Source of the DNA: Zancudomyces culisetae HAW-14-8
Taxonomy: Eukaryota; Fungi; Kickxellomycota
Direction of reading: 5' to 3'
Assembly (NCBI GenBank): GCA_052426225.1
Contig: JBNJNM010000012.1
Coordinates: 186,001 to 250,000, forward strand
Length of the DNA: 64,000 nt
Positions 49,547 to 61,708 of this stretch are shown here, piece by piece. The translations under genes were made by a program, and so were the position numbers. The notes beneath the pieces were generated by a model. That model searched no databases. It was not told the origin of the DNA and worked only from the letters and a program-made list of their open reading frames with translations. Position 1 is the stretch's first letter; every line of letters begins with the position of its first letter.

Positions 49547-52196
49547 CTAGCCTATGAAAATGTCATTTTTGCGGGCTTTAGCGAGCTCAAGGTCGTAAGC
49601 GATTCTTGACTTGACTTGATTCTTGTTTGAATCTGCAGCGCCAGATATTAGTCGAGCAATCAGATTGGAAACCGCACCACGAGTTAAATTTATAGAACTA
49701 TACTTTCCAATTGCTCCGCCGAAATGATTGTTCATATTTGAATCGATAGGCCCAATGTTTGCATCAGACTTTCTCGCTGGTTTTATCCTAACATGTTTGG
49801 GACCGCCATAGCTAGATAGAGGCGCACCCAACTCTTCCAAAAACATCGTCTGTCCCTTGGTGGGAGGCAAGGCCCTCCATGGGTTGCTTCGTTTGTAATA
49901 TTCATAGTCATTTGAAGAGATTTTCGAACGAAGGAAGGCGTCGCAGGCGGCAAAGGCATCGGACAAATTATTCGCTTCGAAATTTATTTTCTCAAGACGA
50001 GTATTGGACTGACTAGAAAAACGCTTTTTTCGAATAGTGTTTGCAGGATCGTGCGAACACACAGCGGTGTATCTCGACCCTTTGGTGTTCTGCGAATTTT
50101 CGCCAGCCTCCTTGGTGGACTGGGCTCCGCTCTTCTCAGAAATTTTCTGCAGATTACTGGAAACATAGTTGTCTTCAAGAGTGATTTGGAGACTTGGGTG
50201 TGAAAATGTATATTTTCCATCGGGTAAAGCAACCCAGGACAGCTGTGACCACATTGCTATACGGGGATCTCCAGTAGTCAAAATATCAATGTCATGTGGC
50301 GAAAACCGATTTCCGAAATGCGAGCTGAATTCACGTAAATCATCTTCATTTAAATCAAAGATAAAGTATGGGTCAAGCAAACGAGTACATATATGCTTGA
50401 TGTTTGAGAGTGCCGGGTGTGTTTTTTTGTCGGAAACAGGAACAGTATGGAGCTCTGGCATAGCATTGTCTTTCTTTTTTTTAAGTTGGTTAGTAATATT
50501 AAAATTTTCAATTTTACTTTTAGGGTCAAGACCCAGGAGCGTAGGAAAGTTGATCATACTCGCTTTTGAATTAAAGACATCCACAAAGTCTATTATCATA
50601 CAGTCTTTTTTACCCTCATGTAGACGCATGCCACGGCCTATCATTTGTTGGAACAGGACTGAGCTGCGCGTGGGTCTTGCCATTATAATGCAATCTATAT
50701 TGGGTATATCTGTTCCCTCAGTTAAAATTTCACAATTTACCAGAACCGGAAACTTTTTCCCCCTAAATTCTCCAAGTAGAACAGCTCTATCCTTTTGTGA
50801 TGTTTTTCCAAATACGTCTCTCGCATCAACCCCTCTCTTCCGAAACGTATTTGTCAAACTTCTTGCGTGTTCAACGTTTACGGCAAATACCAGTGTGGAA
50901 TCTCGCTTTTTACCTTTAGAGGCTTGTGCAAATTGAAGATATTTATCTACTACCAAATTATTTCTCTCATCAGTATCCACAGCTTCTTCGAGTGACTTGA
51001 GATTAAAATCTCCCCCAAACTTTTTTACTGCTGACAAATCCACAACTGTTTTAACTACAGTTACTGTTATGGAGGAAAGCCAACCTTCTATAATCAAATC
51101 GGTAAAGGCCTTGTGGTAAACGATTTTGCTAAAAACCATACCCAGAGAAATATCGTCACTACGTTTCAGAGTTGCCGAACAACCCCAGACTACTGGACCC
51201 GTTTTTCTTTTTCTTCCTGTTGTAATAGCTCCAGATTCATCATTTCCAGTACTTTTACTACTCTCACTTTCCTGCCGTTTTGGCATGAAGTACTCAATAA
51301 TCTTGAGGTATGAGTTCGCAGTTGCGTGGTGGGCTTCATCTATTATAATACACTTGTAAAATGCCGGATTGTAAAGCCTTAGTCTCTCTCCATCGCACCT
51401 TGCCAGCGTCTGTACACTAGCAACTACCACGTCTGCTGCAGCACTCGCCCTGTTCGATCCTTGTTCTAATTCCACTCGCAAGTCAGGTGCTGCCTTACGA
51501 ATATGATCACAAGCTTGATGAAGTAACTCCTTTCTGTGTGCCAATACTAAAGTCTTTGTTGCCTGTGGAGTATCACCCTTGAGTTGTTTTATCATGTTGG
51601 AAAATATTATCTATATTTACGTTTTCAGTATCATTTGTTAGTATTGACTTGCCCACTCTCCCTTCACTAAACCCAAATAGGTATTCAGTATGGATTCTAA
51701 GCGAAGGAAACAATAGTACAAAAAAAAACCAGACCGTTTATAAATTGCTTAAAGGTGCAAGAGTAGCCCATGAGGATATATAATGTATAAAAAGCAATAC
51801 CGTTTTACCGCTCCCTGTTAAGTACAATCAAGCCATTCAAGAAGTTGTTAGTTTGGCCTTACAATGTAATATTTTTTAGGTATATTTCACACCTTAATTA
51901 AAAAAAAAGAAAATAGAATTACCGACTGGAAGAGATACTGCGATATCTCTGTAGCCCTCTTTAATAGCCTCCAGTGACTTATCGATGCATTCCTGCTGAT
52001 AGTACCTTAAAGTATGCCCCGTGGATGAAGAAATTGGCCCATCCTTACCAGAAAAGGCTTTTAAACTGGAATCATTTCTTTTCGATAGTTTCAATTCTGA
52101 TAGTTTTTTAGATACCTCATCTGTCCCCAAAGCATCCACTCGCTTTTCGATTTGATTTGAAATTTCCTTGGTCATTTTTATTGGAATGTAGAACAC
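49547..52196 (-). CDS. IRC3: IRC3-like SF2 DEAH helicase. Exons include ...-51923, micro-exon 51814-51801 and 51610-49547. 5' end unresolved.
   Basis: LRYYQQECI (Q motif), spliced SLPVGSGKT (Walker A), LAHRKELL, IIDEAHH, SAT, LTEGTDIPNIDCIIMARPTRS, QMIGRGMRL. Confidence 0.88.
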
Positions 52197-53190
52197 CCTC
52201 TTGCTGTGTTTTAGACAAGAGGATATGTGTTTATCAGTTTATCTTTTATATAAAGGTAAATATGGCATACAAGCTATATTCCAACTTTTTACACCCTCTT
52301 CTTTTTCAACCTTTCTAAAATTCCTAGTAATAAAAACAGGTTTGAGTTACACAAGCTTTTTTAGTTTTAGAATAATGTAAACTCGCTCAGTTTGCACAAC
52401 ATAATTGGTGCAAAAATATCCTTCTCTTACTCGCTTGTAACTTTGATGTAGTTTTTGAAATAAAAAGGAGACAAAAAAATATAGTAACCATAAAAAAGGG
52501 TAAAACATGACATAATGGTTTGTAGCTTTTATTTTGTAATATGGGCTATTATTTTTTTACCCAAACCCTTGGCTGAGCATCCCCTTGTTCTGTCATTTGC
52601 TGAAATTTGATGCTTAATAACATTGCATACCCGTAAGATTAAATATTCCAATAAAAACGACTAGTCTCTTATATTTTCTACTCGTCTGTTCAAAGGTGAT
52701 GTTTTTTCCGGAGTTATCATATATGTAAAACCCTCTAGGCTTATATATATTTTTTTGAAAAGGGTTATCATGTTTATTATCCTGCTTAAATATAACTGCA
52801 GTAACGGTAACTATCAGTACTCGCCTAGTCACATGATGCCCCGCACCCAAAAACCTAGCGTTTTGTAAACATTCTTGTTTAATACTTGCCTTTTTTTTCT
52901 TTGTCCTGACCTGCTCTGCCCAGCTTTGTTTTGCTATGTTTTATTTTAAGGGGATACATCCCGTTGTGTTGGGCTGATCTAGAAATCAACACCCTAGAAC
53001 AGACAAAACAAGTAGAACGACATCTGCCTGTAGTAGCTTAATAAGTAGCTTTATAATATGTACACCAACTGATCTTTGTCATCTGCTCTAGAAAAATTCT
53101 TCTTTAGGAATATTTACATGTTTAAACAAAAAAGACTATCTAAAACTAAGTCTAGTGAAATTGTAGAATGATGTTGGCTGTTCACGATTT

Positions 53191-54210
53191 TTACGCTTGT
53201 AGTGCGTCAACAATGGCTTTTGCTCTCTTCGCCGTGGTGCCATCAGACCCACCTCCACTTGACTGCTCTGGGGTTTTCTTGTCATCCAAATCACCTCCCT
53301 GTTCTGATGCCTCTGGTTCATCGCCACCTTTGTCCTCCCCATCATTTTTAGGACTTTCCTCGACAGTACAAAGTTTATTAGCCTGCTCCAGTATCACTAC
53401 CCGCTGATTTCCTTTGATGGAGCCAAGATATTCGACTAAAATATCGAAAACCACAACTGGAACCTATAGTTGTTGTATTAAATTATGTTAAACTAATGCA
53501 TCACTTCTACCATAATAATGTTATATCTTGGCACCAGCAATCTTTTGATATGTTGATTTGTAAATATAGGTGCGCAAGGTCAGCAAGCTGTAAACTATAA
53601 TAAAAAGCAGCACAATTACCTTTTCTGAATCATATAAATGTCGAAGCAGCCAGTTTTGCCTAGCCTTTTGAAATTTCCATTGCTCTTTGGAATTTTTCCA
53701 CTGTAATAGATATCTAAGTGATGCCTTGTGTGATCCGGATGCATCATCCAAGGATAGATCCTCCTCTGTTACCTTCCTAGCATTTCCCGACTGCTCATGA
53801 GTTTCATCTTTGCTTCTCTTTTTCTTTTTATCTCCTTTTGATAGGCTTTTAGTATCTTCCTCCTGAGAACGCTTTGAATCTTTGGATTTCTTAGTTTTTT
53901 TGGATTTCTTGCTTGGATCTTCTGTTATAGAGATTTCAGATTCCGCCTTCGCATTCTCCTCATTGGCCGTATTTACTATCTTTTCATTCTTCTTTTCATC
54001 ATCTTTGTGTGATTTCTTTCTTTCCTTTCCGGATCCCGTTTTTATCTTTTTTGATTTAGCGTGATCTTCCTTCTCTTCCTTCTCTTTCTTGGCGCTGGCT
54101 TTAGGAGTATCGGCATTCTCTTGTATTTCCTCTACTCTCTTGCGCTTTTTTGCTTTTTCAATGCTTTTAGAGGATGAGGTAACCTCGATTTTATTTACCT
54201 TTTCCTTCAT
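53191..54210 (-). CDS. WKF-domain (DUF2373/C7orf50-like) protein with Lys/Glu-rich N-terminus, 2 exons: 54210-53620, 53463-53191
   Basis: YLLQWKNSKEQWKFQKARQNWLLRHLYD spliced to VPVVVFDILVEYLGSIKG. Confidence 0.85.
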
Positions 54211-54859
54211 TACTAATATATTGTTTTTCTTAATTGTGTAATTTCTGTACTTTGTTTTTAGAGCTATTTCCTATTTCACCAAAAAAAAATATTTTCCAAA
54301 ATCAAAATCAAAATCAAAATCAAAACGATCCAAACCACCAAGCGTTTTGAATTAATTTTGACTACAACGCCGAAACAGCTAACCAACCAAACTGAGCTAT
54401 TACCTAATGATCTAATGGATGATAAAAACAACACTTAACGATTTCACATCGAGATTTTTTCCTGTTCAGTCGCAACCACTTTAACAGTAGTTGGAGCATA
54501 GTAGATATAAACGTATCTTACCTCAGCATACAGATAGCAAACTGATTCATTTTTCTCAAGCAATCACATTGCTTGAAAATATTCACGGTTACACTTTTAC
54601 GAATGCATGCGTCAATACAAGGAAATTAGCTTTACTGTATTAAGTTTATTATTTTATACTTCGTACTACAAAATACGTATACCATTCTTAGTCGATAGTA
54701 ACAATGAAGAAATGAATTGCGTTAATGGCGTATACTCTGTTTTGTTTCTTTATTTTACAGTGCTGAGTTTAACTTAATCTTGTAATATTGAAAGTACATA
54801 ATTACCTCAAACGCAAAAAGAGTTTATAAATAAAAAAAATAAAAAAAGTGCTATATTGA

Positions 54860-56662
54860 CTAAAGATGTGTTTCTGAAACCTTAGTAACTTTTCTGGCAC
54901 AACAGGAGCCGCTTGAGTAATGCCTATTGAGTGCATCAGTTCTAGCAAACCCTCGAAAGCAAAACTCACATGTATACGGCTTGTCGCCTGTGTGGATTTT
55001 TATATGCCGTTTCAAGTCGTGGTTTCGAGTAAAGGCAACACCGCAATATTTGCACTCAAACGGTCTCAGGCTTGAATGGGATAATATATGAGACTTCAAA
55101 CTGTACAACTTCTTGAACTTTGAGGTACAATTTTCAACAGGACATTCAAAATCAGAATTGGGATTCCGACCCTTTATTTTTTTTAGCTTGAAATTTGGTG
55201 GGTTCATCAGGTTTATATATGACAGTAGATCGTTTCCAGATAAAAGATTCTCTCTTAGAAGCTGTCCAGCAAAAGGTGCTGCTTTATCGTCAAGGATTTT
55301 TATTTCATATCCCAGATTTTTTTTGCTTGATACAAGTGACTTTATTTCAGTATAATTATCTACCTGCTTCTTGGTTACTGCAACGTCACATACGTTTAAA
55401 TGATCCATCCCAACCTGTACTAAACCGTTAAACTTCGGTATTGGATTATCAGAAGCATTAGGTTCAGTGCTTGTTGGAGGGTATCTAGGTATGTAGATGT
55501 TATTTTTGTACTGAAGACCACTATCGCTTGCTGTAGTTTTGGCATTACAAAAGTTAGTTTTACGCATTGCTGCATTTATTAGTTGTGGGTTAAATTTGTT
55601 TTGCAGTATCGCGTTGATCATATCCTTACTCTTTGTGCTCTTTGATCCCACCCTTCTTCCTCTGGGAGGTTTTTTTGAAAAAAGAAGAGAATTGGGTGTT
55701 GAGTTTAAACTCCTTGAATACTGTGGCTCATACTTCCACAGTACATGCTCAGCATCATTTTTGAAGTGGTTCTGTCTATTTATCCCTTCATGATTAAAAT
55801 TGAAACCAGCTGGAATAACTGTTTGTAATGTATGTGTTTGATCTACACGCTCAGAACTAATACCAGTAATACCAGAGGACCCAAGTGTGAGTGTCTGGGC
55901 ATCGAGCATTTCATAGTTTTTGATAAAGGTATCAACCTCATTGTTATGCATCGCATCATTTATGTCACTTCCAAGAGTGGCTGATAATATCCCAACATCC
56001 TTATTCTTTGTAGTAAATATTGTATCATGATTAATCTGCATGTCAGGCTGTGGTGTAAAAATCATGTCTCCTTCCACTTTATCACCAAATCCGTAGCTTG
56101 GCTTTTGATTTTTTTCTAAAACTTGATTAGCATCTCCATAAAAACCAACATTCAGAAATGGATTTGGATTTTTATCAAAAATTTTGCTGAAAAGCTCTTC
56201 ATTATAGTTGACAAGATTGTAATTTGTTTTATCCGAAAGTTTTTTGTTTGTATCCAGCGTTAATCCAGCGAGTTTATTTACATTCTCTGTGAATATCGTG
56301 GTATTATCAAAGTTAGTACTGCTACACACCGACTCATCACTAAATAAGGGCAAATCACTCGTCTTAAAATTGTAAATTTGTGAATCTTGTTGACTATCTG
56401 CGTTTACACTCCCTACTTGCAGTGCAAGTATATCATTATTTATCGCGGATATTGTATTTATGTTTTCTATTGCATTGATAGCATCAATTTCGTTTATACG
56501 ATAGGGATTTTTATCAAATACGTTTTGATAATTAATGAAAGAAGCGTTTGCTGAAGTTCCCACGTTGTTATGATCGTTTTCAAAATAACCCTTGGTATTT
56601 CTACCTTCTAAATGCAACCGGTTTAAACGCTCTTGGTTCCCCTTAATATGAAACTGATCCAT
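54860..56662 (-). CDS. C2H2 zinc-finger transcription factor with three C-terminal fingers (Crz1-like finger array)
   Basis: CPVENC...HILSH-SSLRPF-CKYC..FTRNHDLKRHIKIH-TGDKPY-CEFC..FARTDALNRH, with an Asn-rich N-terminus. Confidence 0.9.
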   Translation of the reverse strand: MDQFHIKGNQERLNRLHLEGRNTKGYFENDHNNVGTSANASFINYQNVFDKNPYRINEIDAINAIENINTISAINNDILALQVGSVNADSQQDSQIYNFKTSDLPLFSDESVCSSTNFDNTTIFTENVNKLAGLTLDTNKKLSDKTNYNLVNYNEELFSKIFDKNPNPFLNVGFYGDANQVLEKNQKPSYGFGDKVEGDMIFTPQPDMQINHDTIFTTKNKDVGILSATLGSDINDAMHNNEVDTFIKNYEMLDAQTLTLGSSGITGISSERVDQTHTLQTVIPAGFNFNHEGINRQNHFKNDAEHVLWKYEPQYSRSLNSTPNSLLFSKKPPRGRRVGSKSTKSKDMINAILQNKFNPQLINAAMRKTNFCNAKTTASDSGLQYKNNIYIPRYPPTSTEPNASDNPIPKFNGLVQVGMDHLNVCDVAVTKKQVDNYTEIKSLVSSKKNLGYEIKILDDKAAPFAGQLLRENLLSGNDLLSYINLMNPPNFKLKKIKGRNPNSDFECPVENCTSKFKKLYSLKSHILSHSSLRPFECKYCGVAFTRNHDLKRHIKIHTGDKPYTCEFCFRGFARTDALNRHYSSGSCCARKVTKVSETHL

Positions 56663-58336
56663 ATTAGATATCTAAGGTTTATACACTAAAACTGATAATA
56701 TGAAAAGGATAAATACAGTTAGTGAAGTTTGGGGGATAAGGGTGGATTTCTTTAGGTTCTGATTTACAACTTAAGTCTCGATGTGCTTTTGGTTGTTTCT
56801 TTTGGAGGGGTAGTTAAATATACTGCTGGTTACTAGAGATAGTTCTTTTTTTTTCTAGCTATATATTTAATTTCTCGAGTCGGTTTATGATTTAATTTTC
56901 CGTTTTGATTAGTGAATGTTTTAAATACGACGACTTCCTAATAGCTATTTCTATGCTACTATGAATAAAAGGTAGAGATCTATTAAAAAAATGTTGAAAT
57001 TATGCTTCAGATTGCCTTGAGAGTTATTATCAGAATGGAATTTAGTTTTTTTGCATAATAAACTTTCCGTGACTTATATACGTTTCCATGAAACCGCGCC
57101 AACACTTGAAGGTGTTATTAAGTATATTTAAAAGCCGATATCAATACGAGTTAAAGCAATAGAAATGTATACTGTTTTTCTGGCTAACTCCTACATTTCA
57201 TTCATTATTCATTTTGAACAATATCACTATTGTTTTGAATTCTAAGTTTTAAAATAATAGAATCTTGAAATCTTTAATTTTATCCGTCACTCCTATTCAT
57301 TCTACAATCTGGATTTGTTGTATTGTTTTCTTTTTCTTTTTTTAGTATCCTCCTTGTTCATTCAAATCGCAAAATTATATTGTTAAAGTACAGCTAAACA
57401 ATTAAAACTTTTTTTTGTTCTATTTTACCCATTAAATCTGTGTAATCTTTTTTCTTTAAATTTGCATTTTAAAATTTAATTGTTTAACAAATTTTGGAAA
57501 AACAATAAACTTGGAATTGAAAAAGTCGGCCAGATATCATCTCTTTAATCATCACCCCCCCCCCCCCCCCTACCCTCCTAAAAAAATATTGTCTATATGT
57601 ATTTCTATCCAGTTGAGCAATTAAATAAATGGAACAAAAGGGAAATCGTAAACCCATTAGTAGGGGTAAACATGAATAGCACAATTATTGTACAATATTA
57701 CAATAAACTAGAACCGAACAAGTTGTATCATTATCTTTTCTTTTCGAGTATACAATTTTTGTTTACGCTACCAATAAAAGTAAATAATCAGAGGAAATAC
57801 CTATGCTGACAATCGTCCTCCCCTCTTAAGTAACTACAAATTTCCATAATAAACACAAGCACTTGAGTAGCTATCGGGGTAGAAGCAGAGTAGTAAAGTG
57901 CATTTGTTTCTAATGATTTACTCCATGTTAATGGAAGTGCTATTGAAAAGCGTTATTGTATTTTAACGAAAAAAGTGAAATAGGAACACTTGTATACCAC
58001 AAAAATGGTTTGAGTTCATCAAAACAGCTAATATTACAATCAGATCATATCACTAAGCCTTCAGCGTGATAAGATACATTCAAAGTAAACGAAACCCTTT
58101 ACATGCAAAAAAAATGCCTGTTCAATTTAACTATAAGTCAAAACTCTACATCCAAATTGTATATCCTGTAATTTTTTTAAAAAGAACAGGAGAGAAAAAA
58201 AAAGAAAAGTCGCGAACATCAAAAGGGGATGATAAGTTTATTCAAGGCTCCCACAGAGCTAAGTAAGTAAGCAAAGACTAGGAGTGCAGAAATACCAAAA
58301 TCTTCAGAAAAGATCATAATTAAGGGTTCTAAAAAC

Positions 58337-58795
58337 CTATTTGTATGAAATTTTTCCTTTGTATGATCCAGAGAAGCCGCAGCTGTAGATTGAGCGACGG
58401 TCGTCATCACAGTCCTCAGTTTCAAAGCTTTCGAAGGTGTAGGTTTCGGTTTTGCATCCATTTATCGTGAGATAGAACTCATCCTCATTAAATGTAATGA
58501 TAGGAAGGTCTGTGGTATCAGAACTAGCGCAGTTACCAACCTCACCACAACTATAAGCACTGATTTTACAGTCCCTTTTCCAGCAGCCATTGCCTGACTT
58601 GAAGGCCCACTTGCTGTTTTTCCATGTTCCATCGAAAGAGTAGCGGAAGTAGACGCTTCCCATATCGTTTGAATCAGCACCAATGTAGATTTCAAAATCA
58701 TTGCCATCGAAGTTGCAGGTCTTTTTCTTCGAGCTGGTACGTGCACCGGCGACGGAAAGAACTTGCAAGATTGTGGTAAATACAAACAGCTTCAT
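58337..58795 (-). CDS. Small secreted Cys-rich protein, paralog A (152 aa, 8 Cys)
   Basis: Signal-peptide-like MKLFVFTTILQVLSVAGA, homologous to 61283-61708, TATAAATA at 58998-59005. Confidence 0.85.
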   Translation of the reverse strand: MKLFVFTTILQVLSVAGARTSSKKKTCNFDGNDFEIYIGADSNDMGSVYFRYSFDGTWKNSKWAFKSGNGCWKRDCKISAYSCGEVGNCASSDTTDLPIITFNEDEFYLTINGCKTETYTFESFETEDCDDDRRSIYSCGFSGSYKGKISYK

Positions 58796-59577
58796 TTTTC
58801 TAGGTTTTTGTGTGGTGTTTTTCTTTGGTGTTGTTGTTTACTTTAAACTATGATTTAGTTTATGCCTGTACTTTTAGATTGTACTTGTGGTTGTTCTTGT
58901 CCCTAAGACTTTGTTGCTTTTTTGCTTTGTGTTTGCTATGCAAATTGCTATGTGAATGAGTTGATGATATTTTTGAGAATGTGCGAACTTTGTTCCATAT
59001 TTATATCTAAAATCGTCATATTACCCGGGTATAGTACTTTAAAATATTTTTAAATTATTGTTATAACATGAGGTTATGAAACCATTATAGCAAAGTTTAT
59101 ATTTAGACACTTTTACAGTTTACGCTTTATGGTTAGAAAGAAAACGTCTAGTTTTGTAAGACTACAGTAATGATTACAAGAGAACAAACTTGGTATGCTA
59201 ATGGAGTTCATTTAGTTGTGCAACCGAGCTGTACTGATTTATGCTGTACTAAATATAGATGCACCAGCTACTAATATATTTGTAATCGCAAAAAATCTAT
59301 TTTTGTAAATGGGCGTTCTAAAGCAGCAATTGAGATTATCCAAGATTATAACAAAAAAAAATGTCTAAAATTAACCGATGCTTGTACTTTTATGTAAATG
59401 CTAGTAAGTCGGCAAGTGTCTAAATAAAGACATTACATAACAAAATAAAGCATGGAAATTACATACAACCACAGTAGAATAGAAGCAAAAGCTAAAAATG
59501 GAAACATGGGGATATGGGGGGGGGGGGGTGGAACTCCGTGATATATTTGAAGACAGTGTAGCGAAAATGGTGTGTGA
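58738..59577 (-). repeat. Left arm (840 bp) of promoter+signal-peptide palindrome
   Basis: Reverse complement of 60505-61340 with about 4 substitutions and a G13 vs C9 homopolymer difference. Confidence 0.97.
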
Positions 59578-60504
59578 GAGCATATGCAGTGTCAAGTTTG
59601 TTTATTTGTCTAGTTTTCGTTGTCCAAATTCACGAGCCTGGATCAAAATATAATATCCATTTCTATAGTACTTGAAACACTTCTAAAATATGCTACCTAC
59701 TCAACATGTAGCTTGATGTGATTTAAAATGGGCTTATTAGCATACAATCTTGACCTCCAAGGCAAGAATTACTTTAAAATTACCGTACATAATGTTCACG
59801 TTGTATGCAACCAAGATTGAACGAATGTAGGTTAAGTACGGGATGCCTCGGAAGTTTGCTTTTTTTACCTAACTGTCCGTACAGTCTACTCTATTTGATT
59901 GGATTTTTTTTTGATATGGGGCGCGGTCTTAATGAAGTAAATTCAAAAATGCCATCCGGTTAATATCATTGACTTTTTTTTCGAGTTTGCTAAATTTTTT
60001 GCAATATTAAGCCGACCAGTACCTTATAATATACCCAATTTGATATGACTTTATCAATGTTTATAGCATATGGATTAGGTTCTGTACTCTAGACAACGTA
60101 TAATGTGATATAATTTGTTAATCTGTATGTACTACATATACTCTGTTAGTCTGCATTGCCAAGTTATATTTTGGTAAAAGCAGAATGCGATGGCACGCAG
60201 AAGATTCTATTACATGAAGGAGATTATCTTTTTAGTATTTGTAGATTTCTTATGGCTAACAATTTTCAACTAGTTTGTAGGGTTTTTTCGAAGCATGTTA
60301 GATAAATGTGCATTTTAAAGGGGAAAATTCCAATCCTATAATTTGTCTAGGGGTCTAGAGCTTATTTGTTTTTATTAGCAAACTACATTGATAGGATGGT
60401 ATCTTCTAATAAATCTTTATCTTTTTTGGATTTGTATAGCTGTCCAGTAGCAATCATTTAAAAAGTATTTTCTTAGACTTCTAGTTTATACCTTTGCAAG
60501 TATG

Positions 60505-61340
60505 TCACACACCATTTTCACTACACTGTCTTCAAATATATCACGGAGTTCCACCCCCCCCCATATCCCCATGTTTCCATTTTTAGCTTTTGCTTCTATT
60601 CTACTGTGGTTGTATGTAATTTCCATGCTTTATTTTGTTATGTAATGTCTTTATTTAGACACTTGCCGACTTACTAGCATTTACATAAAAGTACAAGCAT
60701 CGGTTAATTTTAGACATTTTTTTTTGTTATAATCTTGGATAATCTCAATTGCTGCTTTAGAACGCCCATTTACAAAAATAGATTTTTTGCGATTACAAAT
60801 ATATTAGTAGCTGGTGCATCTATATTTAGTACAGCATAAATCAGTACAGCTCGGTTGCACAACTAAATGAACTCCATTAGCATACCAAGTTTGTTCTCTT
60901 GTAATCATTACTGTAGTCTTACAAAACTAGACGTTTTCTTTCTAACCATAAAGCGTAAACTGTAAAAGTGTCTAAATATAAACTTTGCTATAATGGTTTC
61001 ATAACCTCATGTTATAACAATAATTTAAAAATATTTTAAAGTACTATACCCGGGTAATATGACGATTTTAGATATAAATATGGAACAAAGTTCGCACATT
61101 TTCAAAAATATCATCAACTCATTCACATAGCAATTTGCATAGCAAACACAAAGCAAAAAAGCAACAAAGTCTTAGGGACAAGAAAAACCACAAGTACAAT
61201 CTAAAAGTACAGGCATAAACTAAATCATAGTTTAAAGTAAACAACAACACCAAAGAAAAACACCACACAAAAACCTAGAAAAATGAAGCTGTTTGTATTT
61301 ACCACAATCTTGCAAGTTCTTTCCGTCGCTGGTGCACGTA
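60505..61340 (+). repeat. Right arm (836 bp) of promoter+signal-peptide palindrome
   Basis: See left arm. The arms are separated by a 927-bp unique spacer (59578-60504). Confidence 0.97.
61073..61080 (+). promoter_or_regulatory. TATA box (TATAAATA) of secreted paralog B, mirrored at 58998-59005 for paralog A
   Basis: Canonical TATA ~200 bp upstream of the ATG, followed by an A/C-rich leader. Confidence 0.55.
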
Positions 61341-61708
61341 GTAGACCTTATGATGGAAAATCCTTCAAAGGATCAGTAAAAACCAGCGCCTCAGACCCAG
61401 ACTACATGGATTTCTACTTGGCTATTGATGGAAGACGTATATACAAGGACTCAATAAAACTTTACAAGTCAGATCCCGACTGTACTTCAGAAGACTGTGT
61501 ATTCGACTCAGGAGTTACTAACGCACACATCTCTTTTGACAACAAGCAGTTCTTCTTGTACATTGCTGGTTCCACAACAGAGATATACGACTTTGCAAGC
61601 ATCACTGATGATGACTGCTCTGGTAAGCCAATAAACGAATGTGACTTCACAGGTACATTCAATGGTACAATCTCCTTTGATGAGGATTCTCCAAGCTCAT
61701 TCAATTAG
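61283..61708 (+). CDS. Small secreted Cys-containing protein, paralog B (141 aa, 4 Cys)
   Basis: Identical first 19 aa to paralog A. Mature-domain motifs align with A (ISFDNKQFFLYIAG/ITFNEDEFYLTING; TEIYDF/TETYTF; DDC...CDFTG/EDC...CGFSG). Confidence 0.85.
   Translation: MKLFVFTTILQVLSVAGARSRPYDGKSFKGSVKTSASDPDYMDFYLAIDGRRIYKDSIKLYKSDPDCTSEDCVFDSGVTNAHISFDNKQFFLYIAGSTTEIYDFASITDDDCSGKPINECDFTGTFNGTISFDEDSPSSFN

Noticed and set aside
58219-58461. Alternate-frame ORF with a hydrophobic tail overlapping secreted paralog A (possible frameshifted membrane/GPI anchor)
   Set aside because: No slippery site or splice signal linking the frames, and no equivalent in paralog B.
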